This document shows positions 53,901 through 63,043 of a stretch of 64,000 bases of DNA, in pieces. The notes under the pieces were generated by a model. That model ran no database searches and was not told the DNA's origin. It was given only the letters and a program-made list of their open reading frames with translations. The stretch lies in IMG/VR virus record IMGVR_UViG_3300022752_000015, positions 1 to 64,000 of that record; one strand, written 5' to 3'. A program made the translations under genes and the position numbers. Position 1 is the stretch's first letter. Each line of letters begins with the position of its first letter.

Positions 53901-54502
53901 TCACCTTTTGCTGCTTCTTTTAGCATCGAATAATCGATTCGAGGGAATCGGTAAAATCCCTCCATGTATCCCCTGGATACCAGATGGAACAGACGTTGAA
54001 GACCTACTGAGGTTTTTGGTAGAACAACTAGATGATGACGACGTTTGACGGGATCATTGTATTTACCTGACTTCGTCTCGTCCTCGTTCTCAACAGTCAA
54101 AGCTGCTTCATCCGTGCCAACGTCTGTCGTCTCGTCATCGCCATCAACGACCGCGGTGATAGGAGTAATGATGGACTCGTCCTTTGCAGGTTTTACCTTG
54201 GACGCTTCCAGATCTTTTTTCCACTGGGTAAGATCAGGATGAACGTACATCTCGCAGCCAGGGATAAACTTAAAGTTCTTTCCTGACTTTTTCATCTTTT
54301 CGGCATGAAGAAAAGCGTGACAGAACCCATTCATGTTACCATGGTCCGTCAACGACCAGGCATCCATACCGTTCTCTAACACGTAATCGATGTGTTCTTG
54401 CGGGTAATCAAGACCATCGTACTGCGAAAATGTAGAATGCGCGTGGAGACCGACGAACCGATTTGGTCCCCCGCCACGCATTTCCTTCTTGCTGTTTGAC
54501 AT
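50909..54502 (-). CDS. dnaE: DNA polymerase III alpha subunit
   Basis: PHP domain HAHSTFS/TDHG, GPGRGSAAGS, PDIDSD, GRHAGG, KFDLLGL, FSGYGFNASH. Confidence 0.97.
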   Translation of the reverse strand: MSNSKKEMRGGGPNRFVGLHAHSTFSQYDGLDYPQEHIDYVLENGMDAWSLTDHGNMNGFCHAFLHAEKMKKSGKNFKFIPGCEMYVHPDLTQWKKDLEASKVKPAKDESIITPITAVVDGDDETTDVGTDEAALTVENEDETKSGKYNDPVKRRHHLVVLPKTSVGLQRLFHLVSRGYMEGFYRFPRIDYSMLKEAAKGDHLMISTACLGGPLAFDAFEQLQKVPFEELKHQLLNDRSLLDRIIATMSNTYDKLVDAVGRDNVCLELQFNKLPAQHLVNRALIEFSKRNSLRDRVVVTCDSHYSRPENWKEREIYKKLGWLNYQNFDPSLLPKSKDDLKCELYPKNAKQVWESYLSTTEGMDFYDDEFVKDAIERTHDIVHNELGDIQPDKTMKLPSYVIPEGTTEDKALVVACKNGLKWRGLDSRQDYIDRIKYELGIIKGKKFSRYFLTMKAIMDIAREHMLIGPGRGSAAGSLVAYVLGITNLDPIEYDLSFERFLNPSRTGAPDIDSDISDRDLLIELLRKNLGERNVIPISNYNTFRLKSLIKDIARFYSIPFEEVNAALAPVEDDVKKEVFKPGTDKNLFVLTYEDAIKYSKSLQDFIAAHPEVAEPIEILFKQNRSLGRHAGGVIVSEDVAERMPLILARGEAQTPWVEGMNYKHLEEFGWIKFDLLGLETLRIIERCIGLILERREGVKNPDFKQIRAWFDKHMDPKNIDLNDQKVYEYVYHEGRFAGIFQLTQTGAQRLFTKAKPRSIIDIATLTSIYRPGPLAANVDKLYIDAKNNPDKIDYQHPLIKKVLESTYGCIIFQEQTMRLCSVVAGFPEAETDTIRRNIMKRSASKKDDAAADARKAKEEFVLGAVKNGVNEKVASELYDKILFFSGYGFNASHAVSYAIDSYYCAWLLTYYEEEWLCAYLESMSGNDEKRAKAFSEVKALGYKIVPIDVNYATKSWTILEGKRFMPSFLSCKGIGEAAIDEIVENRPYKSVEEMLWNDDGSWKHSKFNKRAFEGLISIRAFDSLDCVGEGKTFNSYKQMHHILIDKGADIKKTSKKNPTLGMENFRNLLIETNDIDEWTRGELVDNSVKYLGSFNSNILVSQELIAKLESKGVKSIDLIEQTDVYWFIISDVKEKKTKNGKPYLLLTAIGLEGQTRRIFCWGWDGRTELPKYSTCIAEITVDNYGNKTFMSKVKVIDE

Positions 54503-54508
54503 AGTAAC

Positions 54509-54538
54509 ACTATATCTTTACAGCAAACTGTTTTGCAC
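54509..54538 (-). promoter_or_regulatory. promoter GTGCAA-N18-TATAGT, leaderless dnaE ATG 6 nt downstream
   Basis: same architecture as the early promoters. Confidence 0.7.
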
Positions 54539-54585
54539 CACAAAGATTTGGAAAAGAAAAAGCCTGATCTTTCGTATTCATCCCA

Positions 54586-55539
54586 TCATGCAAAGGTTGT
54601 CGTTCCAATGAAGACGACCTTACCCTTTACCATATTGATGAATCTTTCTTTGAGGTTGAGGGCGTCGAGCGCAGCCTTCAGAGCGTTCATCTTGTTGTCA
54701 TTCTTAGCGTTAGGTAGCGACCCGGATGCTGAGCGTGGCTTCCATATCGCGGAACGCCTGTCAATCTCTGCTGCTCGAGTTGCTTCTGCTTCTTCGCCTT
54801 GCCCGAAGTCCACCCCCTTTGCTTCAAGCCAGTCTCTTGTGATGAACTCGACGCCGCTCGTCGTTATCAACGCTTGGGTTATCAGCTCTGCTGCTAGGTC
54901 AGAATCTGCATCGAGTATGTTGGCTTGAAATTCGCGAGGTCTCTTGTTCTTTCCCCATGGAAGTCCTCTAGCGGATCCCATCGTCATACGCCGAACGATG
55001 TCTTGTTGAGCCATTCCAGCCGCTGCAAGTTCAATCGCTGAATAAACTTGATTTATCATTGTTCCCGCATCACGAGGCGGATTAGCTGCATCGAACACAG
55101 CGTGGATCATCATCCACGGCGTCGGCCAAAGATCTTTGCCCATTTCAGCAGATCCGTTGATGAAGACGGTTCCTCCCTGGGCGAGAGCATCCTTCAACTT
55201 ATCAAATTCGTAGTCAAGTTTGAAAGACTTGAGAATGTCTAACCCTTCTTCTGCTTCATAGACGTGAGATCGGTCAGAAGAGATTGGTATCATCGAGTTT
55301 TGTCGAGCCACGACTGTCGCAGGTACCATGTAGACCGGCTGAGGCCACGTCCTAAACGCTGCTTTCGCCTTCGCTTTGAAAGCAGGAGTAGAGCTGAACT
55401 TTGCGACTGCTTTTCTATTCTTCTCAGGAGTCCCTGGCTCATGGATCGCAGGAGTGATGTCTTCTAACGGTGCCTCGATCATCACCCTCGAGATCTCTTC
55501 CTTAATGATTCTGCGTAATTGTGATACCGTGATCTTCAT
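54586..55539 (-). CDS. hypothetical protein with N-terminal LRRIIKEE helix
   Basis: MKITVSQLRRIIKEEIS. Confidence 0.75.
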   Translation of the reverse strand: MKITVSQLRRIIKEEISRVMIEAPLEDITPAIHEPGTPEKNRKAVAKFSSTPAFKAKAKAAFRTWPQPVYMVPATVVARQNSMIPISSDRSHVYEAEEGLDILKSFKLDYEFDKLKDALAQGGTVFINGSAEMGKDLWPTPWMMIHAVFDAANPPRDAGTMINQVYSAIELAAAGMAQQDIVRRMTMGSARGLPWGKNKRPREFQANILDADSDLAAELITQALITTSGVEFITRDWLEAKGVDFGQGEEAEATRAAEIDRRSAIWKPRSASGSLPNAKNDNKMNALKAALDALNLKERFINMVKGKVVFIGTTTFA

Positions 55540-55688
55540 GCTTCGTTCTACCTTAACCTGATGTTATTATATATAACCGCATCTGGCAAAAAAAATCACA
55601 TGATTTGTGCAGCTATCAAACGCCCCATAGGCGACTGCGGGAAGCAGTTCTTTTTCCAAATTTCTTATAAGGAGGTATATTTATCGAC

Positions 55689-56159
55689 ATGAGAGCAAAA
55701 GACTATCTAGCAGAAACATTTGGAGAACCCATAGGAAGTTACGCAGGTAACGCACCAACGGGTGTGATGGACACAAGAGAAGCAGGAATGCCATGCGAAG
55801 AGTGTGGCATGATGTCGCAATCAGTCGAGTCAGATTGTGGTTGCGGTGGAATGGAATCTGAAATGTGTGGAATGTGTGGAATGCCTGCCGATCAATGTTC
55901 ATGCGAACAAGCTTCAGTTTGCCCTATGTGCGGTATGATGCCTTTAGAGTTAGAAGGGCCATGCACATGTGCAATGACAGAAGCAAAAAAAGGACCTTCT
56001 AAATCAACAGCAAAAAAAATATTGAAAGGCGCAGTAACCGCAACAGAAAAAGCAAAAAAAGTTGATAGTTGGGCTACGAATCCTTGGGCCGCAGCAAATT
56101 GGATGTCAAAGCAAGCAGGCGTTCCATTTCACGGAAAAAAGAAGAAAAAGAAAAAGTGA
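55689..56159 (+). CDS. Cys/Met-rich putative metal-binding protein with basic tail
   Basis: three CxxCGM...CxC units; GGAGG SD. Confidence 0.65.
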   Translation: MRAKDYLAETFGEPIGSYAGNAPTGVMDTREAGMPCEECGMMSQSVESDCGCGGMESEMCGMCGMPADQCSCEQASVCPMCGMMPLELEGPCTCAMTEAKKGPSKSTAKKILKGAVTATEKAKKVDSWATNPWAAANWMSKQAGVPFHGKKKKKKK

Positions 56160-56161
56160 AA

Positions 56162-57229
56162 TCACTTTCCGTGAGGACCATTTTCTTTGACAGCATTTGA
56201 AGTGATACCTAAAAATTTAGCTTTGCTTCTAAACTCTCTAATACTTTTAGCGCCTGAATATGACAGACCTGATTTAATGCCTTCAAGCAGGTCTGTCAAA
56301 GTATCTTGAAGAGAACCTCTGTAAGGGATCAACGTTGACTCTCCTTCAGCAACGGACACCTTACCTCTCCATTCCAATTGCGCTTCTCTTGAAGCCATTC
56401 CGCGAAACTTCTTGTAACGTTGGTTGTCTTTTGTAATGATTGCTCCTGGGGATTCATCATGTCCAGCAAGAACTGATCCTAGCATCACCATGTCCGCTCC
56501 AGCAGCTAGAGCTTTCACTGCATCGCCGCTGTTCCTAATTCCACCATCTGCTACAATGTAAACGTCCCTGTCGGATTTTGCACAATCGATGATTGATTGC
56601 AGCGTTGGAACTCCATGTCCTGTGCGAATTCTCGTTGTACACATGGATCCTCCTCCGACACCGGTACGTATGGAATCAGCACCCCAGTCAGCAAGATCAT
56701 TGAAGGCTTCCAAAGTTGCAACGTTGCCAGTCATTATGTGAATTTTTTTACCAAATTTTACTCTTAGCTTATTTAGAGCATTTTTAACATTCGTGTGGTG
56801 ACCATGCGCAACATCAACGCAGAAAGCCCTACAACCCACGTCATATAGTTCAACTGCTCTTTCAAGATAATCACCCGTCGCACCAACAGCCACCATCAAG
56901 TTCGGGATAAAAGCCGAAGAACTATTGTCACAATCATCAAGCAATAGTTTAGCCGTTTCAAGAAACATCTTTTTAGAATCATCGATTGAACAGTATCGAT
57001 GCAAAACTCCGAAGCCTCCAAGCTTTGCAATGACAGCCGCCGACTGAGGACTTATTACTGTGTCCATAGGAGAACCGACAATGGGACACTTTAATTCTTC
57101 GTGTTTGTCGGTTAAGCTAGCAAAAGCGGAGTCAAATCCAGGCACTGAAAGATCTACATGCGATCTAGACTCTATGTCTGAAAGTTGAGGGACGAGCAGT
57201 ACATCATCGAAGCACAATGAACGTTGCAT
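56162..57229 (-). CDS. IMP dehydrogenase / GMP reductase family (no CBS domains)
   Basis: [42 protein letters not shown]. Confidence 0.93.
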   Translation of the reverse strand: MQRSLCFDDVLLVPQLSDIESRSHVDLSVPGFDSAFASLTDKHEELKCPIVGSPMDTVISPQSAAVIAKLGGFGVLHRYCSIDDSKKMFLETAKLLLDDCDNSSSAFIPNLMVAVGATGDYLERAVELYDVGCRAFCVDVAHGHHTNVKNALNKLRVKFGKKIHIMTGNVATLEAFNDLADWGADSIRTGVGGGSMCTTRIRTGHGVPTLQSIIDCAKSDRDVYIVADGGIRNSGDAVKALAAGADMVMLGSVLAGHDESPGAIITKDNQRYKKFRGMASREAQLEWRGKVSVAEGESTLIPYRGSLQDTLTDLLEGIKSGLSYSGAKSIREFRSKAKFLGITSNAVKENGPHGK

Positions 57230-57270
57230 ATTATTTCATACGATATATTATGAAAACTTTTTTACTTTGT

Positions 57271-57828
57271 TCAAAAAAGCTTAACTGCTTCTAAAAAGAA
57301 ATTCTTTTGCAAATTTTCAGGAACTGCTTGTTGCAAAGAAACAGGACAAAATTCATGCCTGTCTACGGCTACATTGTAATGATTTTCTAGATTAGGATTT
57401 TTTTTATCATGTGAATGTCCATGTATTACATGAGACACTTCACCCCAATGAGAATCTTTTACTTTTCTAGAAAAAGCTTCGTGCAACGGATAATGGACAA
57501 GCAAAACGCCTGCTACGTTGATAGAATCGTATACTTTTTTAAACCCTGCATCTAAAAAAAACGAGTCACTATCTTTGTCATGGTTGCCTTTAATAAGAAT
57601 TTTCTTACCCTTTAATCTGTTTATTACATCTCTTAGTTGAATGGAGTCCACGGGACGCAACAATGAAAAATCGCCAAGATGAAAAGTTAAATCATCTTCA
57701 TCTACGAATGAATTCCACGTGTCTATCATGAATTCATTCATTTCGTCGACCGTCTTAAAGGGTCTGTCACAATATTTTATGATGTTCGCATGAAAGTAGT
57801 GAGTGTCAGAACTAAAAAAAATTCTCAT
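57271..57828 (-). CDS. calcineurin-like metallophosphoesterase
   Basis: SDTH, HLGD, KGNHD, HYP, HGHSH. Confidence 0.9.
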   Translation of the reverse strand: MRIFFSSDTHYFHANIIKYCDRPFKTVDEMNEFMIDTWNSFVDEDDLTFHLGDFSLLRPVDSIQLRDVINRLKGKKILIKGNHDKDSDSFFLDAGFKKVYDSINVAGVLLVHYPLHEAFSRKVKDSHWGEVSHVIHGHSHDKKNPNLENHYNVAVDRHEFCPVSLQQAVPENLQKNFFLEAVKLF

Positions 57829-59513
57829 TATGCAAGAATTAATCTTACATATGATTTCAACAGATTTTCACTTTGCGAAACTTTACTTTTTGACAAAGAA
57901 TTCCAAATTGCTAGTTTTGAATCTTCATTCAAAAAATCAGGCAAATTTTTCATGAACTGTTCTCCTTGTCCAGTCGACAAAAATTCTCTCATTTTTGTGC
58001 CAGAAATTCCGCCGGAAGATTCTCTGGGTACCGATCCTGCCACGACTTTTCTCGTTAGATCAATCGCATTTTTTTCATTATTGATTATACCATCGACGCG
58101 ACGGGCAGCATCTTCTGGGTCTCCATAAAGAGTCACTACTGTTTCTTCTGATTGTCTGACTAGGTTGGAGATTGCAGATCTCAGTTCATACATGGGAGAA
58201 ATTCCTTTTGTAAACCTGATGGCAACTTTATCTCCATACGTCTCTTGTATGGCTGGCAAGTAGTAGTTTTTCCACAACGGGACCATGTCAGAAGAACTTA
58301 TTTCGTCTCTTCCTCCAGTAGATACGTACACTAGAATCAATTCATTTCCGTCTGCTTCTGCTGCATCCAATAACGCTTGATGACCTCTGTGGAAAGGTTT
58401 TGCAGCCATAGGAATGACAGCTATCTTTTTGAGTCTATGACCTAAAACGAACAATCTGGTTTTAGCGGTCAGCATTAAATCTTCTTGCTTATTTAAGAGA
58501 GTTTTAACAGGATGATATGCTCCTATGTCTTCTTCAGACATCTCATAAACTCTTGCCGACAAGTCTTTCAACACCTCTTCGGGTCGAGAATCACCCATGA
58601 CAATCTGCAATTCGTCCAGAATTAGATCAGTAGCAGCGTTGATGTCTTCCCAGTATGCTGCTTCTTCTTGCGGGGTACCCTTATACCTAGATTTCTTTTT
58701 CTCTCTTACTTCTTTGCTGTGTTGATCAGCTGCTAAAACTTTATATAGCTGCTTCTCAGACATATCATCACCTTTGACAGTGATGACTACCCCTTCTGAT
58801 TGTCCTCCCAACGAAGATTCCAACGCTTGAAAAGAACTAATAACTCCGCCGAGAATTTCTTGCGGATTTGAAAAATCAACTGTCTCTAGATTTTGTGCGA
58901 ATAATTCTCTAAGTCTCGGATCAAGATGTTCGCTATTTTCAAATATCTCCGCCCTAGAAGACAAATTACCTTCGTAGAGTAGTGGAAAAGAATTTAACTG
59001 TAATATTTCTCTGTACTCTTCTAGTTTAAGAGGATCATCAATAAACGTGGAAGAAGAATAGATTTGCCCCTTTGATGATGCATATACTGCCGGTCCGAAC
59101 CCGACCAAAAACATGCCGTGTTTCTTCGCGTAATCTCTAGTTACAGTAGGTTTATTTTGGACAAATTCTATAAAAAATTCTGTATTGAGAGGAATTGAAG
59201 AAGTTCCTTCATGGACTCTTTTCAAATGATCATACACAAATTTGTATTGAGACGTACCTAACCCAGACGTTTTAATGTCTTTGTCTCTCTTTTCCAATCC
59301 AGAAAATTCCGTAGAATAAATGATATTTCCCTTATACGAAATAATCCAGTTTTTTGTATAGTCACTTGGGTCAAATTGCGCATCATTGCGTATCAAGGTA
59401 AGTTTCGTTCCGTCGATTTTCTCGACAGCCTTGATATGCTTTCTGATAAAATTAGAGGCAGCCTTCGGAGTCTTGACTGCTTTTTTTAGTTCTAGAATTG
59501 AAATATCTAACAT
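57828..59513 (-). CDS. fusion of RNA/DNA-ligase-like nucleotidyltransferase and HIGH-family (NMNAT/cytidylyltransferase-like) domain
   Basis: EKIDG, EFF, EGVV and YK ligase motifs; KPFHRGH and ISGTKMRE. Confidence 0.7.
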   Translation of the reverse strand: MLDISILELKKAVKTPKAASNFIRKHIKAVEKIDGTKLTLIRNDAQFDPSDYTKNWIISYKGNIIYSTEFSGLEKRDKDIKTSGLGTSQYKFVYDHLKRVHEGTSSIPLNTEFFIEFVQNKPTVTRDYAKKHGMFLVGFGPAVYASSKGQIYSSSTFIDDPLKLEEYREILQLNSFPLLYEGNLSSRAEIFENSEHLDPRLRELFAQNLETVDFSNPQEILGGVISSFQALESSLGGQSEGVVITVKGDDMSEKQLYKVLAADQHSKEVREKKKSRYKGTPQEEAAYWEDINAATDLILDELQIVMGDSRPEEVLKDLSARVYEMSEEDIGAYHPVKTLLNKQEDLMLTAKTRLFVLGHRLKKIAVIPMAAKPFHRGHQALLDAAEADGNELILVYVSTGGRDEISSSDMVPLWKNYYLPAIQETYGDKVAIRFTKGISPMYELRSAISNLVRQSEETVVTLYGDPEDAARRVDGIINNEKNAIDLTRKVVAGSVPRESSGGISGTKMREFLSTGQGEQFMKNLPDFLNEDSKLAIWNSLSKSKVSQSENLLKSYVRLILA

Positions 59514-60767
59514 TTATCGACCGAATAAGATGCGTATATACCTGGATATAGATTCTCTTATCTTATACGAAGAATAGTAAGATTGCACCATGGTCGCATC
59601 TGGTTCTGCCAAAAACGGAAACTCTTTTCTAAATCTTCCTACGGCGGCGAGCTTCGAAGATTTATCTACTTCTGCACTTGTCAAATCTAATCCTTGAGCT
59701 TCAGGAGAAAATAGCTTTTCATTAACAAAATCTTCGTAGATATTTTCTATGTCATCGTCTGACATATACATTTTCATTAACGAAAGTATGCCAGAAAAAG
59801 ACTGCAATTTTGTCATGTCATCTGACGACGAAGGAACCTTACCAAACAACAATGTAAATATTTCGTCTATATTTTTTACGTAGCTTGATTCTGCTGTTGA
59901 TAGTTCTCTATAAACGAAAGAATCTCCTAATTTAACAGGTTGACCGATTAGTTCTTTCGGAATATTAGGATCGTCAGGGTATTTCTGCAACTCCACAGTG
60001 GTTCTCAACCCTTGCGAAACAGAAAAAGAGAGCAGCTTAATTGGATCAGATTTCTTCTTAATCTTTATTTTTTCTGGTGGGTATACTAGGCTATTCTTGG
60101 CAAGAATGACTGCATCATTTAGAGTTGATTTTGTCGTTAGAGATCTCAACAAATATTTGTGGAACACGCCTTTTACGCCCTCTTTTACGTCTTCCCAAGC
60201 CGAAGAATGTCCAAATTTCGCAAATGAATCCGGACGGCCCCCAGCATAGTCTACTGATTCAAAATCAACTTGAACGAATACTGGGTCTGCGTCTTTTGTT
60301 TGCCTGTACGCAAACAAAGCATTTATTTGATCTCCTCCGTACTTTTTTCTATTTTGTCCTACATACCAAATTTTCCCAGGTACCACTTCTTTTCCTTCAA
60401 GAGAAGCTAGTAGATCAAATATAGTTTCTATTTTTTCAGCAGGAACTGTCAAGTCAATATCGCCTACCGAAGGCTTAAATTTTGTGAATTCTTTATCCGT
60501 TATTTTATCGTTGAATAGATGTTCAGAAGATCCGTTAAACGCCTCACCGGATGAGAGTAATGAATTTCGTTGTGAACGATCCCAAATAGGAACGCCAAAT
60601 TCATTCTCGTACAACGAATCCAAATTTTTAAAAGCAGTAATGATAGATCTTTTTAGAGAAGAGCGATCTAATTTTTTAAGATCTATTTTGTCTGCATACC
60701 CAGGACGACCAAAGAAGTTTACAACTTCTCCAGTCTCACGATCTATAGCCTTAGTATTACCACCCAT
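59514..60767 (-). CDS. Pol-beta-superfamily nucleotidyltransferase
   Basis: NGSS...VGDIDL...VQVDF. Confidence 0.7.
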   Translation of the reverse strand: MGGNTKAIDRETGEVVNFFGRPGYADKIDLKKLDRSSLKRSIITAFKNLDSLYENEFGVPIWDRSQRNSLLSSGEAFNGSSEHLFNDKITDKEFTKFKPSVGDIDLTVPAEKIETIFDLLASLEGKEVVPGKIWYVGQNRKKYGGDQINALFAYRQTKDADPVFVQVDFESVDYAGGRPDSFAKFGHSSAWEDVKEGVKGVFHKYLLRSLTTKSTLNDAVILAKNSLVYPPEKIKIKKKSDPIKLLSFSVSQGLRTTVELQKYPDDPNIPKELIGQPVKLGDSFVYRELSTAESSYVKNIDEIFTLLFGKVPSSSDDMTKLQSFSGILSLMKMYMSDDDIENIYEDFVNEKLFSPEAQGLDLTSAEVDKSSKLAAVGRFRKEFPFLAEPDATMVQSYYSSYKIRESISRYIRILFGR

Positions 60768-60784
60768 ACGTCGATTCCAGAATG

Positions 60785-61345
60785 TTAGAATGACTCTCTT
60801 TGTACAACACCATCAAGAACCACAAGGCCTGTTCCATTCATGTTAACATCCGTTGGAAGAACTCTCAATTCTAAAGCTATATCTTCAACTGTAACTTTAG
60901 AGCCATTGTACCCGCCTAGGTCTTCCCAAACTTCTCTAATTCGATCGGGGTCAACAGATTGAGATGTCTCAGAAATGAATCCCCAATTGCCTTTCGACCA
61001 TTCTTTAATTTCTCTTGTCGTAATCTTAGAAATAGACTCTGAAATATTTTTTTTCTGATTACTAGATCTAGATTCTTGCTTCAATGTTCCCATCAAATAA
61101 CCATGAACCTGTTGCAGATTTTCATGAGCAACAGAAAGATGATCTTGAACCCAACCCGGGAGTTGATCATCGTCTGCCATGACATCTTGAATATCAGAAG
61201 CCATATTCATCACGGCTGACAAACTAGATTTTACCATTGCACCTTCATCGTCAGGTCCATGTAAAAATCTTTGATTTTCGCCTGATTTTGCAAGAGTAAT
61301 TTCTTCTTTTATGATTCTTCTTAACTGTTCAAATTTAATTTTCAT
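60785..61345 (-). CDS. hypothetical protein with N-terminal LRRIIKEE helix
   Basis: MKIKFEQLRRIIKEEI; LPGWVQDH motif. Confidence 0.7.
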   Translation of the reverse strand: MKIKFEQLRRIIKEEITLAKSGENQRFLHGPDDEGAMVKSSLSAVMNMASDIQDVMADDDQLPGWVQDHLSVAHENLQQVHGYLMGTLKQESRSSNQKKNISESISKITTREIKEWSKGNWGFISETSQSVDPDRIREVWEDLGGYNGSKVTVEDIALELRVLPTDVNMNGTGLVVLDGVVQRESF

Positions 61346-61347
61346 GT

Positions 61348-61908
61348 TTAAACGGCCTGTTTGGAACAACGTTGTTTTAAGAGATAAACATGTCCTTCAT
61401 GTTTGTCTGCAATGCCTTGTAACAAATTATCGATACCGTTTGACAACATTCCACACTCATTCAAAGAAGACATCGCGTGATCAATTACTTTCAAAAAGTT
61501 CAACTCTGCAATCATTGAGCGTTTTGCTAAATCAGTCGATTGCGGAATCGTCATACCTGATCCAACGTTAGAAATGAGTTTTAACATTTGAGAATGAATC
61601 AGCTGAATATTGACGTTGGAAGTTGATCCAAGGCCTATAGCTTTTTCAGCAACTGAATCTACTTCTGCAGAAACGCCTTCGTACAATCGTTGAAAAAGAA
61701 GATGATCGCCGTAGAATGGATCTCCCATGCAAGTCCAGTGATGATTCTGGTGTAGTTCTGCCAAAAATTTTAGATGAACTAAAACAACAGAAAGCTGGCA
61801 ATAAGGAACATTTCCCCACTCAGCCATCATATTTTCTGTAATGATGTTTAAGTTTGGTTCGATCGTCAACATCATGTGTAAAGATTCGGTAATTTTTTTC
61901 TTGCTCAT
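61348..61908 (-). CDS. Dps/ferritin-like protein
   Basis: HQNHHW..G..FYGDHLLFQRLYE...D..AE; HEGHVYLL. Confidence 0.8.
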   Translation of the reverse strand: MSKKKITESLHMMLTIEPNLNIITENMMAEWGNVPYCQLSVVLVHLKFLAELHQNHHWTCMGDPFYGDHLLFQRLYEGVSAEVDSVAEKAIGLGSTSNVNIQLIHSQMLKLISNVGSGMTIPQSTDLAKRSMIAELNFLKVIDHAMSSLNECGMLSNGIDNLLQGIADKHEGHVYLLKQRCSKQAV

Positions 61909-63002
61909 TTTGACCCCAGATAAAATTTGACTTTATTTTGAATCTCTGGATGTGGCGACCAAGAAAGTCTATAGTTGCTTCCTTGAAGCGCTTGCTTATT
62001 GTTCCAATGCTTCACATACGTGTCTAAAGCAATTTCATCCGTAAATCTGGGAGAAGATTGATGAGGTAACATTCCTGACAAGGGAACAGAAATAAATTCC
62101 GCTATACCTTCATTGAGATCATCATCTTTAACCAACTTCGTAATTTTCATAGAAAAAACATCATGAGCTTTTGTGATGTATTCATTAGGTAATGAAGCTG
62201 TTTCTAACAAGCTTTCTACCTGATCATTCTGCTCATCTGATTCTTGAACGTCATATTTAAACGATTCATTAAGCTCTAATTTGTCTCTGCGTTCTTCTTC
62301 GTTGTCAGCCATTATCTCTACAACTTTTTTCATGAGCTTATAAGAGTCTATGTTGTAGCGATTGACGGATCTAGCGGCTGAACAATATTGATTTACCGCT
62401 GCAGAAACCCACCCCGTGTCCAGGGTTCTACCATAGTCTTGTATCAATTTACGGGCTTTTGAATCATACCATGCGTCGCTAAGGAAAGATTCTCCTTCAG
62501 GACTTGACGCAGCAGACTTAAGAGCAGGCTTACTCTCAGTAAGACGCTTTCGTTTTAAGATATCACGTAGGGTGTCATCTGTCGGATATTTTTTGATCGT
62601 CTCTTCAATTAACTTGACGGGAGAGTTTTGCGCGGCGGCGGCTCGAACAAAAGGAACCTTATCATTAATAAATTTGCATGCTAGATGTTCTGGCAACAAT
62701 CTAACAGCCAATCTCCTGATTTCTGGATTCTTGTGATGAGCTACTTTGAGAGCTGCGTTTGCAGAGAACTTTATGTAGTTTCTTCTACCAGTTCTTTCTA
62801 GCACATCCAAACGATCGTTGGCTTGTTCAGACAAAGCCACCACGTCATTTGCAACAATCACAGTCGGTCCAAAGACTCTTTTTATCTCTGAACAAAATTC
62901 TGCCACTGCTTTTTTCTCTTGTACCGTTTCTTCTACGATACGTTGTAAGTCAGTTATCTTCAAACGCATGAATGCAAAACTCCTGTCATAACTATTATCC
63001 AA
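61905..63002 (-). CDS. hypothetical protein with LQRIVEE helix and HEAT-like repeats
   Basis: PEIRRLAV, PFVRAAAA. Confidence 0.65.
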   Translation of the reverse strand: MDNSYDRSFAFMRLKITDLQRIVEETVQEKKAVAEFCSEIKRVFGPTVIVANDVVALSEQANDRLDVLERTGRRNYIKFSANAALKVAHHKNPEIRRLAVRLLPEHLACKFINDKVPFVRAAAAQNSPVKLIEETIKKYPTDDTLRDILKRKRLTESKPALKSAASSPEGESFLSDAWYDSKARKLIQDYGRTLDTGWVSAAVNQYCSAARSVNRYNIDSYKLMKKVVEIMADNEEERRDKLELNESFKYDVQESDEQNDQVESLLETASLPNEYITKAHDVFSMKITKLVKDDDLNEGIAEFISVPLSGMLPHQSSPRFTDEIALDTYVKHWNNKQALQGSNYRLSWSPHPEIQNKVKFYLGSK

Positions 63003-63043
63003 CAGAAGATATTACATCATTGTTGAAAATAGAATATAAAGAT

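Noticed and set aside
50909-54502. Possible intein or intron in dnaE
   Set aside because: Length is normal and no splicing motifs are seen; there is only a short acidic insertion in the PHP domain.
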